A DNA stretch of 64,000 bases from the human T2T-CHM13v2.0 reference genome, Homo sapiens: assembly GCF_009914755.1 (NCBI RefSeq), contig NC_060934.1; one strand, given 5' to 3'. Positions 1-14,722 of this stretch are shown here, in pieces (position 1 is the stretch's first letter; every line of letters starts with the position of its first letter). A program made the translations under genes and the position numbers. The notes below the pieces were generated by a model. That model searched no databases and was not told where the DNA came from. It worked only from the letters and a program-made list of their open reading frames with translations.

Positions 1-1989
1 ATAAGTCCCATGCCTGGGTTTCCCCAATCTTATAATGAAAGTAATAGAAAACTTCCTGAGGCATTAAGATGATTATATTAAATAAAGCATATCAGCCCCT
101 TAATAAGAAGAAAACACTATCCTACAGAAGGTTTTATTAGAAGAATCGTTATTACAAGTAAAAACAGACACCTCAAACAGCCATAGAAATTGCCTGATAA
201 TTCTAAATTCTAATAACAAATCCTAAAATAGTTATGCCCTAGTCAATTCAATCAAAGACTTAGTCATTCTTTTCTAATAAAACATGATTGTTTGAATTAA
301 ATGCTCTTAATAATATCCCAGAATTAGATAATGGCAGTGCACCTGGAGATTTCTCTATTATCAACAGAATAGCATCTCTTTGAGAAGCAGAAATGGTTGA
401 GTGAGTTCTGAAATGAGACTAGAAAAAACAAAAATAGATATGGGGAAAAAGAACAATGTATAAAACAATCTTTCAATTAAGACTAAACAGAAAAAAGAGG
501 CATATAGGCCAAAATCTGGGGCAGAGAACACTCTTCCCTTATGGTTTTATGACATTAGACAAGTTTTTCAGTTTCAAGAGGACAGGCACATGATTTTAGT
601 AAAAGGAAGGCTGTATTGAATAACTAAAGGCGTGAAAATAGAAGGACAAACAATTTTTAAAATAAAAAAGGCAAACATAATGCCCTAAAGCATATCCTTG
701 GTTAAATAATTTATTTTTCCGAGTTGCATGGAACAAGAGCAGGTTAAACTGTACCCTTCTGTAAAATTAAGTAGAACTCTCTATATAAGGGTATCAGGAG
801 CAGAGGGCCCCCTTTTAATCTGTGAAGTGATGCACTTTAAAAATTCCATGCAGTGCTGGCCCAAGGCTAAATTTTCATATCAAACACAATGAAATTCAGG
901 AGGAACTTATACCAAATTAATTTTCTCAAAGCATACATTGATTTGCTCACTTCCTACACTCCGTGCAAACTCAAAAGCCAGCTGAGGCTCTGTAAAGAGT
1001 GTAAGTTCAGACCCTCCTCCTGCCAGTTTCCCTCCCATTCCCTCTGTTGGCTGTCACACCTGCTATTATGCACAACTCCCTCCCTGAATTAGGGCCCTGG
1101 ATCCCCTGCTTTCCTCTTTCCAAGGCCGCTTTTGCTGCTGCTTTTCCCCAGGAGGAATACTCACATTTGGATCCTAGCCAGCTCAGCCGCCACCCCTCCA
1201 GGAAGCCTCCCTGACTTCCCCAGCTGGAAGGCTGCCAGCAGCCCATCCTGCAGCCCTTCCCAACAGCTCACCTATCACACTTTTTGTATTCTAGATTATT
1301 TTGTTCCTGGACCCAACACCATGCTAAGCAGGAGAGGAAGAAGGAAAGAAGGGAGGGAAGCCCTGGCTTCAGCATCCTTTGAGCACTTGCTGCTTGCTTG
1401 CCCAGCATTTCCCCAACATCCTTGCTCTTCCAACTCTTGCATAATCCTGGGGAGTCAGCACACTCCACTTACAGAGGAGAAAACTGAGGCTCAGGGAGGT
1501 CCCCTGCTCTTTCCCCCACTCTATGTGGCCACAGCTTCTCCAATCTGCCTGGGGCACCCCACCAGTGATGTGTTGCTTACTGTAGGCTGCCTGGACACTT
1601 TTGGTGCGAATGCTAGAAAAATGAATTCCATTGACAGACCTCAGCATTACTTAGTGGGAGCCAAGGAGGCCAGTTGCTTTAAGCACTCCTGGAGCATTGC
1701 CTCAGGCCACTGGATAATTCTGGGCAAGCTGATAGCCACTGCCCCAGCCCCAAACGCCCTGGGTCCCCTATCGGAAATAGATTCCCTCACACCAAGCCGA
1801 TGCCTGGGCTGCCCACACACTGCCATGCAGAGTAACAGGGTGACAGGCCGTAGCATTCATGGCTGCCACTGTATAAATATTCCTAGCATGGAAAAGCAGT
1901 CTTAGACTCATGGTGGCTTTTTAGGATTATATTTACATCAAACGCAGCCACTAACTTGGGGAACATCTTGACAACCCACCTCTCTCCTT

Positions 1990-2479
1990 CCTCTCTGGGG
2001 TAGCTCTTGTAACCCTCCCCTTTGCTCTCTCTGTGCCAGCCCCATTGGCCTCTTTGTGTCCCACAAATGCACTGAGCATACTTGAGCCTAGGGCTTTGCA
2101 GTGACTGTTCCCTCTGCTAGAACACTCTTCCTTTGCACATCCATATGACCAGATTCCCTTTATCTCTTCCAAGAGTTGGCTCATGTGTCGCCTTCCTGAC
2201 TGGGGCACCGTTCTGAAAATTGTAATCACTTCTCACCCAAGCACACCCTCCATACTCCCAAGCCCCATACCTGTTATGTTTCTTGTCTCTGTAGCATTCA
2301 CCACTGTACTAATATTCTATTTATATTCTAACTTTATTTTTTTCTTGTCTCCACCCACTCTTTCCCCAAAGAGCAGGCATTTTTGTCAAATTTATCTCAC
2401 TTTTCTATCTTAAGTCCACAGCAGAGTGTCTGGGGCATAGCAGCACTCATGTTCAATAAGTACTTGTTGAGTGAATAAA
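1990..2479 (+). mobile_element. L2 LINE 3' fragment
   Basis: Typical L2 tail ...cagagtgtctggggcatag...caataagtacttgttgagtgaataaa. Confidence 0.7.
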
Positions 2480-2497
2480 CCTTAGAACATTTCCCTG

Positions 2498-2836
2498 GTA
2501 TTATGGTTCGAATGTATGTCACCCTAAAATTCATATGTTGGAATCTAAGACCCAATGCGTGAGTATTAAGAAGTGGGGCCTTTAGAAGGCAATGAAGCCA
2601 TCCCTCATGAATGAGACCAGTACCTTATAAAAGGGCCCCAGGGAACCATCTAGGTCCTTTTTGCCTTTCTGCCTCCAGACATGTAAGGATGCGGCAAAGG
2701 CCCTCGCCAGATGCTGAATGCGGATGCCGTCATCTTGGACTTCCTAGCTTCCAGAACGGTGAGAAATACATTTCTATTGTTTATAAATTACTCAGTCCAT
2801 GGAATGCTGTTGTAGCAGCACAAATGAACTAAGAGA
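2498..2836 (+). mobile_element. MaLR solo LTR, MLT1A-like
   Basis: ttatggttcgaatgtatgtcaccctaaaattcatatgttg ... gtagcagcacaaatgaactaagaga. Confidence 0.75.
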
Positions 2837-2892
2837 CCTGGCAGATTACAGACCTCATTTTAATTTTAAAAACAGAAATTAGGATGAGCTAA

Positions 2893-3282
2893 TATATTAA
2901 TTTCCTCTGACTGCTCTAACAAATTACCATAACTTTGATAGCTTAAAACAACCCGAATTTATTATCTTACAGTTCTGGAGATCAGAGTTTGATATGGGTC
3001 AAACGAGGCTAAAATCAGGGTCTCATCTGGCTTCATTTTGTCCTGGAGGCTCTGGAGGAGACTCTGTTTCCTTGCCTTTTCCAGCTCCTAGAGGCTGCCT
3101 GTATTCCTGTAATTCCTCGTAATTATGTTGAGCCTACTCAGATAATCTAGGAAAATCTCCTCATCTCAAGATCCTTAATTCAATGACATCTGCAAAGTCT
3201 CTTTTGCCATGAAAAGAAATATATATTGATAGGTTTTGGGGATTAGGGCACGGATAACTTTGGGGGAGGCAGATTATTCTAC
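2893..3282 (-). mobile_element. MaLR solo LTR, MLT1C/D-like
   Basis: taacaaattaccata...gcttaaaacaac...cagttctggag; catctgcaaagtc. Confidence 0.7.
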
Positions 3283-3569
3283 AGGTAAAAACTTTTTGCC
3301 ATTTACATAATCTTTAAAAAAAGATTTGATTAATTATGCAAATGTTTACAACATACAGAGGAAGTACAAAAAATGATGTCTTTCACCAAAAGCAAACAGC
3401 TAACATTTGTCATATATGTTTGGCTCACAACTTTTGGAAATAAAACGTTGCAAATACAGCTAAATCCCCAACTCATTTCTCATTTCCTTCCTTCTTACCT
3501 TTCCTCAACAGTATCCACTATTAAGGCTAATGGGAATTATTGTGATGAATGTATTTTTACCATTTCTAC

Positions 3570-4218
3570 TGCTAGGACTCAGAAAACAATACCCTGAAAT
3601 GCAGACCTCAGAAGCAGCTTCAGAGGCAAAAGTTTTTCTCCGACCTTCTCCTGCTCTCCTGTCTCTCAGTTCCATTCTCCCCTGAGGCTAGGCAGAGAAA
3701 TTAGAATCTCTCTTCCCCAAGGCAGGTCATAGAAACCAGAACCCCTCTTCCCAAAGCCAGCCATAAAACTTAAAAATGTTACTTTAACTTTTCCTCCACC
3801 TGTCTGTGTAAAAACGGACCATGAAGAAATTATCTGACCTACGTTATTTGACTGTAGGTCTTAAGAGCCCCATTCGAGAGAGGGTTCTGCCCCACGCCCA
3901 GAAGGAAGGAGTGCATGCTCTGAGAGGCTGAGAAGAATCTAGACAGACGGGCCTTGCTGGATTTCCTCACTCAGTCAGCTATTAGCATTAGATCATACCT
4001 TTTCTGTCCAATCATATTTCTACATGGTTGTTGAACTTAAGCATAAAAATGGACAATTTCCCCTGTAGCTTTGAGTCTCTGTTCTGAAGGCTCCCGTGTA
4101 TACACTAAATAATACACTAAATAAATATGTATGTCCATTCTCTTATTAATCTCCCTCTTGTCAGTGATTTTCAGTAAACCTTTAGAAGGTAAAGGAGAAT
4201 TTTCCCTTGGCCCTGATA
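3570..4218 (+). mobile_element. ERV1 solo LTR, MER39-like
   Basis: tgctaggactcagaaaacaataccc...tttcccttggccctgata; 4-bp TSD CTAC at 3566-3569 and 4219-4222. Confidence 0.8.
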
Positions 4219-5297
4219 CTACAACAATAGTATATACACTATTGTGTGTTTTTTAAATTTAGATAAATGGTGAAATACTGTTCATTTCTTTTGCTGTTTG
4301 CTTTTATGTTTTGGAAATGTACCTACGTTGGTACCATACTGATCTACTTCCAGCCTCCACTTTATTCAGAGACCTCAGATTATTTATCTATTTCTCTACT
4401 GATGGGTAGTTTCCACTTACATGCTATGAAATAACAGAGCTGCACTGACACCCGTGGATATGTCCCTTTTGTGCAAATGTGGATTTCTCTAAAGGAGAAT
4501 GTACTGAGAGATGCTACATCACTCTCTGAAGTGGCCACTTGGACCAATTAGCATCTCCAGTGATGGTACAGCGTGCCCATTCCTCTACGTCCTCACCAAC
4601 ACTAGGTATGAGCATGCTTATTAATGGTCCTAAGCTGACGTAAGTGATGTGTGTGTATGTCACTGCTGTTTCATTTTGAAATGTGCTTATTTGTGTGAGA
4701 GGTTGAGAATATTTTCATGTTGACGGATCATGAAATATTCCCCCTCAAGGAATTTCCTATTTATATTATTTTCCCCATCTTTCTATTGAGTTTGTCTTTT
4801 AAATAGGGATTCTTTTTACATTCTGGTTACTGATATTTTGTTAATTACATGGATTGTAAAATCTGTTCTTATCTTTTCATGTTTTTTCCTGCTTCTTGGC
4901 AAGTGAGTTTATACTGTTAATTAGAAAACTTTATCACACTTTTTATTTGTGACTTGTACTTTTCCTATCATGAAAAAAGGTTTTCTTCAAATCGGTTCCT
5001 ATTCTGTTCTCATAAAGATATTTGCCCATGTTTTCTTCTAACAGTTCTATAGTTTTGTTTTTGACATTCATATTTTTACATTATAGAATTATTTTTAATA
5101 TGATGGCAGATAATGATCAAATGTTATCTTCTTCTGAAAATGTGCTAGAATTACTTGTTTGGTCTATTACCTTCTGCTAATTTTAAAGCTGCCTCTGTCA
5201 TATACCAAGCTTGCATCTATATGTGGCTCAGTGTCCAGGCTGCCTGACATCCCAGGACAATGCTGCACTGATTTACTCTCTACAGCTCCATGGTAAG

Positions 5298-5676
5298 TGA
5301 TATGGTTAGGCTATGTGTCACCACCCAAATCTCATCTTGAATTATAATCCCCATAATCCCCATGTGTCAAGGGAGAGACAAGATGGAGGTAATTGGCTCA
5401 TGGGGGCAGTTTCTCCCAAGCTGTTGTCATGATATTCAATGAGTTCTCATGAAATCTGATGGTTTTTGTAAGTGTTTGGTAGTTCCTCCTGCATTCATTC
5501 TCCTTCCTGCTGTCTTGTGAAGAAGGTGCCTTGCTTCCCCTTCACCCTCTGCCATGATTGTAAGTTTCCTGAGGCTTCCTCAGACATGCTGAACTGTGAG
5601 TTAATTAAACCATTTTCCTTTATAAATTACCCAGTCTCTGGCAGTCTTTATACCAGTGTGAAAATGAACTAACACA
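5298..5676 (+). mobile_element. MaLR solo LTR, THE1D-like
   Basis: tgatatggttaggc...cccaaatctcatcttgaatt...aactaacaca; 5-bp TSD GTAAG on both sides. Confidence 0.88.
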
Positions 5677-6582
5677 GTAAGCTTTGCTATCTAATAAGAA
5701 AAATTTTGTTCCCCATCCCAGCTTTCTCCCTTACCACACATATGGCCACTTCCTTTAAATTTGTCTGGGAATTTTTTCACTCTTTACTCTTACATATGGC
5801 TTTAGGATCAGCTTGTCCAATTCTGAAAAAAGTCTTGTTAGGACTTTTATTAGACTAACAATGAAAGTGCAGAAGTGATATGTCTTCTTTATAATATTAA
5901 ATCTTCCTGCCAATGAACTGGTTTTTATATATCTTTCTAAATATTTCAGTAAAGTTTTTTTTTTAAATTTTGTTGTATCTGCAAATGTCTGTTACAAATA
6001 TCAAGTTTAGTGTTTTTTAAAATTACATTTTATAATTAATAGTTCCTAGGAAATAAGAACAGTATTCATTTTTATATTGATCTATGCAGTCACCATTAGA
6101 ACTGTCCTATTTCTCAGTAGCTTTTCTGTAGCTCCACTGGAAATTTTTGTGTCAACAAAATTTTGTCTATAATAACAGCAAAATAAAATAACAGCAATTT
6201 TGTTTCTGTCTTTTTAAGTCTTATACATTTTATTTATTTTTCTTATTTTACTGCACTGATTTAAAATCTTTTTTTTTCAATGTTGAATAGAAGCAGTGAT
6301 GAAAGCAAGGAAAATTTTATTCCTAACTTCAGAGGGAATATATGCAATGTTGCACTCTTCAGGTATGATATTTCTGTACATTTTAGCAGAGACTCTTCAT
6401 CAGGTAATGCTGTTCTTTTCTATTTTTAGATTGCTGTTCTTTTAATGAATGGATGTTGAATTTTGGGGAAAAAAACAACTTTTTTTTTTTCCTTTTACAT
6501 TTGAGATGCAGAGCAGTAGCGTCCTTAGAGAATAAACTCTGGAGTCAATGCCTGGACCTTAATGAACAGTGGATGACATGTT

Positions 6583-7227
6583 ATTTTCTTTTTTCTTCTT
6601 TTAACTTTTATTTTAAGCTCAGGGGTACAAGTGCAGGTTTTTTACATAGGTAAAGTTGTGTCATGGGGGTTTGTTGTACAGATTATTTTGTCACCCAGGT
6701 ATTAAGCCTGGTACTCATTGTTTTTCCTCATCCTCTCCCTCCACCCATCCTCTACCCTCCAACAAGCCCCACTGTGTGTTGTTCCCCTCTATGTGTACAT
6801 GAGTTCTCATCATTTGGTTCCCACTTGTAAGTGAGAACATGCAGTGTTTGGTTTTCTGTTCCTATATTAGTTTGCTAAGGATAATGGCCTCCAGCTCCAC
6901 CTATGTTCCTGCAAAGGACATGATCTCATTTTTTATGGCTTCATAGTATTCCATGATGTATATGTACCACATTTCCTTTATCCATTCTGTCATTGATGGG
7001 CATTTAGGTTGATTTCATGACTTTGTTGTTATGAATAGTGCTGCAATGAACATACACATGCATGTGTCTTTATGATAGAACAATTTACATTCTTTGGGGT
7101 ATATACCCAGCAATGGGATTGCTGGGTCAAATGTTATTGCTGACATTAGGTCTTTGAGGAAGTGCCACACGGTTTTCCACTATGGTTAAACTAATTTACA
7201 CTCACACCAACAGTGTATATGTGTTCC
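6583..7227 (-). mobile_element. L1PA/L1PB 3' end
   Basis: Antisense L1 3'UTR: cccacttgtaagtgagaacatgc, gggattgctgggtcaaatg. Confidence 0.88.
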
Positions 7228-7247
7228 TGACAGATTCTTTTCAAGGG

Positions 7248-7480
7248 CATGCAGTTCTCACACTTGTTGGTGTCAGCACTTCTTACAGTCTTAAGATTGA
7301 AGATTACAAAGAGCTTTTGTTCTTGTGGATTATGTATCTATCAATGTTTATCATGTTACAAATTAAAGCTGATATTGTAAAATATTGATTCATTTTAATA
7401 CAACAATAATAAACTCAATCCATGTTAAGTAACATATTTTTGTATGAAAAGTATCATATTCTCCAGAACAAAATGAAATG
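7248..7480 (+). mobile_element. hAT-Charlie DNA transposon fragment
   Basis: cagttctcacacttgttggtgtcagc...caaagagcttttgtt resembles a Charlie 5' end. Confidence 0.55.
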
Positions 7481-8437
7481 GAGTCTGTCTGTTGAGTGAC
7501 ATATTAAACTCATCCCAGCCCATCTTCAAGCCTAATACTACTTCTTACCTTCCAGCCTTCAAGCGATTGTAATCGTATGTTATACTTCCACCTATGTTAT
7601 AAACCACACAATATATTATTATTTTTGCTTTAAGCAGTAATTTTTAAAAATAATTTGTAAAAATAACAAAAAGCTATTTAAATATAGCTACATATATGCA
7701 AGCCCAAATCTGACTTCAAGCTTTGATGTGGGGGGAACTTTTTAGCTTATTTATTCACTTATGCATTAGTCATGATTGCTGCATCTGCAGAAACTCACGT
7801 GAAAATAATGTGCTAAATTGTCAAATGTTTGGGGTGGCTTCTACTGTTGGACCATACACAACCTTCACATTTCAGATATTCTTACTTTAGGGACTATTGA
7901 GCAAGCAGAGAAGAAAGCCTTACTATGCACTGTTTTTATTAATTCTCTTCCAATTGCTTTCTTTTCCTGCCCTTCCAGTTGTAGTTAAACAGCGGGGAGA
8001 ACAGAGTTGTCCTGCTGGGGCAGTGGTTCACAGCTCCATGGGGCCCCTAGGTGTGTGCGACTTACTATCATTGTCCAGCATTCTCTCTCTGCCTCAGGTC
8101 CTGCACCCTAAGCCTGGCCAAAGCTGGAAGCAGGTGAAAGGAGAGTTGAGGTGGTCAAAAGAAGCATAGAGATGCCCTACTTCCACCTCCCTGGCATCTT
8201 CAGTCCGTAGGACTGAGGGCACTTCCAAACAGCCTGCCTTTCCCAGAGTCCTCTCTCCTTGTCCATCAGAACAATCAGCAGAACAGAGATCTTGGAAGCA
8301 TAATGATATACTTTTTCTTCCTCTTTCCCTCTTCCCTCCCTCCTCACCTTCCTCCCTCCCATCCCTTCCCTTTCTTTCCGTCCCCTCCTCTCCCCTTTCT
8401 TTTCCCTTCCCTTTCTTTTCTCCCTTTCTTCTTCTTC

Positions 8438-8731
8438 TTTTTTTTTTTTTTTTTTTAAGACAGAGTCTCGCCCTGTCACCCAGGCTGGAGTGCAGTGGCA
8501 CGATCTTGGCTATTGCAGCCTCTGCCTCCTGGTTTCAAGCGATTCTCCTGCCTCAGCCTCCCGCATAGCTGGAATTACGAGTGTGCACCACCATGCCCAG
8601 CTAATTTTTGTATTTTTAGTAGAGACAGTAGATGTTGGCCAGGCTGGTCTTGAACTACTGACCACAAGTGATCTGCCTGTCTCCACCTTGCAAAGTGCTG
8701 GGATTACAGGCATGAGCCACAGCACCTGGCC
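8438..8731 (-). mobile_element. AluS within CT-rich low-complexity tracts (8312-8437, 8732-8856)
   Basis: Alu dimer with poly-T and a small internal deletion near 8627; polypyrimidine flanks. Confidence 0.92.
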
Positions 8732-8879
8732 CCTTCTTTCTTTCCTTCCTTCCTTCCTTCCTTCCTTCTTCTTCTCTTCTCTCTCTCTCTTTCTTTCATT
8801 CTTTCTTTTTTCTTTCTTTCTCCCTCCCTCCCTCTCTCCCTTCCTTTCTTCCTCTCAATGAACATAGTATTTTGAATAC

Positions 8880-9302
8880 TATAGTAGACTAAATAGTGCC
8901 CCCCCCACCAAAGGTCCATGTTGTAATACCTGGAACCTGTGAATATGTTACCTTACATGGCAAAGGGCACTTACTTTGCAGATATGATAAAGAGGGACTC
9001 AGAAGGTGTCAGAGTCAAGGAAGACAATATGACAACAAGCCAAGAGGGGTTTGAAGATGCTACTTTGCTGGCTTTGAAAGGGGCCAGAGCCAGAGAATCC
9101 AAGGAATGCAGCTCTAGCAGCTGGAAAGGCCACAGTTCTCCCCTAGAGCCTCTGGAGGGAGCGCAGCCCTGCCAGCACCGTAGGTTCAGCCCGGATGCAC
9201 CATTTCAGACTTCGGACCTCCAGAACTATAAGAGAATATATTGTGCTATTTTAAACCTTAAAGTTTGTGGTCATTTGTTCCAGCAGCAACAGGAAACTAA
9301 TT
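8880..9302 (+). mobile_element. MaLR solo LTR, MLT1D-like
   Basis: cctggaacctgtgaatatgttaccttacatggcaaagg ... cagcagcaacaggaaactaat. Confidence 0.8.
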
Positions 9303-9649
9303 TGAGCACCAAGCACTGTATCTGATATAACCAAAGCTTCAAAGGAGGGTGCAGGCCCAGGAGTCGTGTGGCCACTGCCAGGAGAGCTAAAGCCATAAGA
9401 GTGAGTGGGGAAGGGGAAGAGTTCCAGGAGCCATGAACGGATTACTCAAGCAGGGATGCACATTGTATATAAAAGAAAGACATGAAGTACAGTTACAGAA
9501 GAGAGATTGGGGCATTGTCACTTCACAGAAGGCAATGGGGAGTGTCAAGAGATTGATTTTCCCTCCTTTTCCCTGGGCTGTAATTTCTCCCTCTTTCTTG
9601 GCTATTCATAAACAGATGGCAATGGACCCCATGAGTGGAGCTTTAAGCC

Positions 9650-9898
9650 AAAATGCCCAAATCCATAGAGACAGAAAGTAGGTTGGTGATTGCCAGGGAC
9701 GGGCTGGAAGGGAGCCGGGGGAAAATGAGGAGTGACTGCTAAGAGGTAGAGGGTTTCTTTTGGGGGCTGTGAACATGTTCCAGAATTAAACAGTGATGGT
9801 TGCACAACTCTGTGAAAATACTAAAAACCCACTAAATTGTACATTTTGAAGGGGTGACTTTTAAGGTATGTGAATTATATTTCAATACAAATAAAATA
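9650..9898 (+). mobile_element. L1MB-type 3' end
   Basis: aaatccatagagacagaaagtagg...gtgatggttgcacaactctgtga...gtgaattatatttcaata. Confidence 0.75.
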
Positions 9899-11239
9899 AG
9901 TAGATAGATAGATAAAAGCCCACTCCTTGAGTGGCTTTCATTCAATGCAGCAGAACCAAAGAGCAGCCAGCGCCCTCCAAGCCTAATGTGCTCCTTCTCA
10001 CCACGCAGCTCTTGGCCACCTCGCTTCCTGCCTCTCTCAGTTGATTCCCTGTGACTCTATCCCTGCATGGAGGAGAGACAAGTGAAAATGAAAGACAGAT
10101 GAATGTGTCAAGTTGAGAGCTCTTTACATGATGAAGGTGTTTCTGCTTCATTGCATGAAACAGAACATAGAGCGGTGATAAAACCCAGCCAGATCCTTTG
10201 GGTTGACTTCCAACCGCAGGTGGTGGTTACTCATTAGGAAAGAGCGAACACTGTAATGACTTCAAAACTAAGGAGTGCAAAGCCAAATATTCACTAATAA
10301 TCACTCATCAAGGAGAACAGATGGCACACGTTGAACACTCCTGAAAATGAAAGCCCTTGGCTGCAGGGGTGAATGTCCAGGACCCACAGAAAATATCAAG
10401 TCAGATACCTCTTGAAGCACTGATGGGAAGGTGCAGCTGGACTCCCTGGAACTCTGAAGCTGAGGTCAGAGATGACTCTGCTTCTGTCCAACTCCTTAAT
10501 CACATTTCTACAAGGCACTAAGCATCTCCATTTTTCTGTCTGTAGAATAGGTATCTTGGTTGCCATACACCAACTTTTCTGATGTTTTAATTAAAACTAG
10601 GAAAACTGTCTTTTAGGATTGGGCTGCTAGCAATACAGAAAGGAGCACAAATTTCTGGGTAATGGAGAGAAAATCTATTCTAGTTCAAGTATTTGGAGTT
10701 CCTATAAATCTTACTCTATATACAATTGTTGCTTGAGAAATAGTATTACCAATAGACCGCAAACAATATGCTTTTTAATCAACTGTGTCTCATCTGAGCT
10801 GTGATACATCTTTGGCCTTATGAAAAGAGAATGTTTATTTAATAAGAGCAGCTGCTGTAATTTTTCAAAATCATACCTTTTTCTGAAATTATTCCCCTGC
10901 TCACAAATGGTAGTGACTTTTGTGAAAGAGTTTATTTTGATTATTCTATTAGCTGGATCAGTAATCAGAAAACTTGCTTTGAGGGAATTGTTTCCAGATC
11001 ATGTCATATCACACAGGGACCCCTTGGGAGTCATCTACATAAGCTTTCTAAAACCTAACTTTTAAACAGCAGCAACAGTCAAACACAGTGGATGTGGCGG
11101 GACCATTCTCTTATGATAAGGTTTTGTACTTCTAAAATAGGTTTCCTACTCAAAGTTCGGACCATAATTAATCAGTCCTGGTTGGAGACTTATACCAAAA
11201 CTGCAATATATGTGTGTTTTAAGCATGATTTAAACATAA

Positions 11240-11608
<369 letters not shown>

Positions 11609-12134
11609 TGACTCTTCACTCTTTTGAAGTGGTAGCAACTAAAAAACATAGTAGTTATGGCAGAGAGATTGGAACCACTGGATGCTGGACTTCCAGGGCA
11701 TGATGGCTCACTCGATAGGTGAGGATTTGCCACCCATGGAGAAGGGGGCCTCAGGTACAAGTGCCCCACAGGCCATCCCCTCTGTACTCTGATATCTCAG
11801 GTAGACACCTCACCTTACCTCCCTCAGGTCTTCCTTTCCAAGAGTCACCACTCTGTCCACACTCCACCTTTCATTTCCTTCTTCCTCCTTCCACATTTGT
11901 CCCATAGCCCAAATCTGAGCTCTCTTCTCTTTGAAACTTCTCTCCATTTCCATCAATGCTTAGTGAACATCTGCAGGGTGTCAGAAGTTTAAAAAGTGAC
12001 ATTCATCTAAGAACCCAGGAACAGCCAAATTTATGTGTCCCTGGCCAGCCTTTCCTTTGAAGTTCCTGAGAAACCCATACAGCAGAAAGTCACCAAGAAT
12101 TAGACATTTTTGGGTTACTATTTTGGCATTGTCT

Positions 12135-12243
12135 CCAACTAAGTTGTCCTGGTCAGCTTGGGACTGAGGAAGTTTCCAGGGACATGGGACTTTCAGCTTG
12201 AAAACCAAGACAGTCTCAGGCAAATTGGGGAAAATTGATCACT
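12135..12243 (-). mobile_element. MER81-like hAT MITE
   Basis: gggactgaggaagtttccagggacatgggactttcag. Confidence 0.65.
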
Positions 12244-12607
12244 GTTGCGGATTCAATTCTGTGTCCACCCCCACCTCAAAATTCATATGCTGAAGCCCCA
12301 ACTCCCAATACCTAAGACTTTATTTGGAAATAGGGTCACTGCAGATGTAATTTGTTAAGATGGGGTCATACTAGAGTAGGGTGGGCCCCTCATCCAAGAT
12401 GACTGGTGTCCTTATAAAAAGGTGAGATTTGGATGCAGACAAGCACATGGGGAGAAGGCTACATGAAGATGAAGGCGGAGGTCAGGGTTATGCAGCACCA
12501 GTTAAGGAGCATCTGCTGGCAGACCACCAGAGGCCCGGGGACAAGCATGGGCAGATTCTCCCTCACAGCCCTCAGAAGGAACTAACTTTGCTGACAGCTT
12601 GGTCTTT
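12243..12607 (+). mobile_element. MaLR LTR, MLT1C-like, 3' truncated
   Basis: ttatttggaaatagggtcactgcagatgtaat; gactggtgtccttataaaa; cagattctccctcacagccctcagaagga. Confidence 0.75.
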
Positions 12608-12840
12608 AGCAAAAATCTGGACTCATATAACAATTATGTTGGAAGGTCACAGATATGGGAAGGGTTCGGGTAAAATTTGAGGAGTAAGGTGATGCTGAAA
12701 CCACGGAGAGGGAACGAGGTCACTTAAAGCTTTCCCAGGCTTCAAGAGGCCTTGCATGGATAGTAGGAACCCATGTCTCATTCCCAGGAAGCACACTGGG
12801 ATTGGGACTGTGGATGGGACCTTGGTAGGACTTCCTATGA

Positions 12841-13328
<488 letters not shown>

Positions 13329-14385
13329 GACTCTGCCATATTTTCTAGGCTTGCATACAACTCAGAAGCAGAGAAGGAAAACCCCTAGCTTATGACCAAG
13401 ACGAAGTTTCCAGTGAGTCTGGTTGGTGGGAGCTCAGAACAGATTAAAGTTGATTTAGAAAAATAAAAACACTCTGACATTTTTCATGTGCACAGATGTA
13501 GGGTAAGACTCATACCCACTACCCATTCATTGATTCAGACAAGATATGCTTTTAACTCTGCAAGCTGAGGTCCAACAGGCTGATGTCTCTAGGCTCATTT
13601 CTTGTCCAAGCTTCCCTGCCTTAGCTGAGCAGCAGTTGCTACAGAGAGAGACACGTCTTCCCCAACCCCAATCAGAAGTCAATTGAGGAGATTCCTGAAG
13701 TGCTATAGCCATGCTGTGAAGGGTGGCGGGAGATTAGGCAGAGATGGGAGTGGGATAAAAAGGAAACAGAGAAACCTTCTGTGCTGTGAATGGTTGGGGA
13801 GAGGTGAAGCAGGGATGGGAATGGGATGAAAAGAAAACAGAGAAGCCCAAATGGATGGGAGACAAGAGGAAGATAGACAATGTACAGTCCAGCCCTGCAG
13901 AGGCCTCTGGGCCCCTCTAGAACTCCAGGAGGCCCCCTCAGCTCCATGGTTTGCATTCCTGCCCCAGCGATTCCTGGCTTTCATTTAGAACCCTGGGTGT
14001 GTATTAGTTTGAATCATAGCCCACAGCTTGCTGCACTGTCAAATTTGTGTCTGCCAACAGAAAGGAATGTATTTCAGCCAGCAAGAGAGGGAACTCAGGA
14101 TTTGTGGCAAGGAAAAATGGAATGCAGTAGAGGAGAAAACTCCATTAGAAATTCTCTGAGGAGCCAGGATCATTCGTCTTCCTCTTCTGGTTGTCAGTGG
14201 GCCACTCTCTGCCTACAGCTGCCACCATCTCTCTAAAGGAAAGAAACACAGCATGCTTATTTGCCTCTGCTAGTTGTAGAATCAGACAGATCGTTGATAA
14301 AGCCCTGCGTCAACCTCTCAACCTAACCTTTTACTTTATCAGTATCCTGTCCTCTAGATGGGAGATGGGAGTGGGAGCCCAATCC

Positions 14386-14722
<337 letters not shown>

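Larger units (their letters stand above)
3290..6460 (-). mobile_element. Old L1 (L1ME/L1MC-like) antisense fragment split by MER39 and THE1 insertions
   Basis: T-rich degenerate L1 3'/ORF2 antisense text that continues across both LTR insertions; boundaries approximate. Confidence 0.6.

Noticed and set aside
1132-1905. Longest ORF in the track (257 aa)
   Set aside because: Non-ATG start, no recognisable domain, composition typical of chance ORFs in GC-richer non-coding DNA, and no promoter or poly(A)/TSD support for a retrogene
8094-8919. Lys/Glu/Arg-rich and Alu-derived ORFs (similarly at 12987, 24692, 31000, 46831, 49725, 59616)
   Set aside because: Translations of low-complexity tracts and Alu consensus sequence
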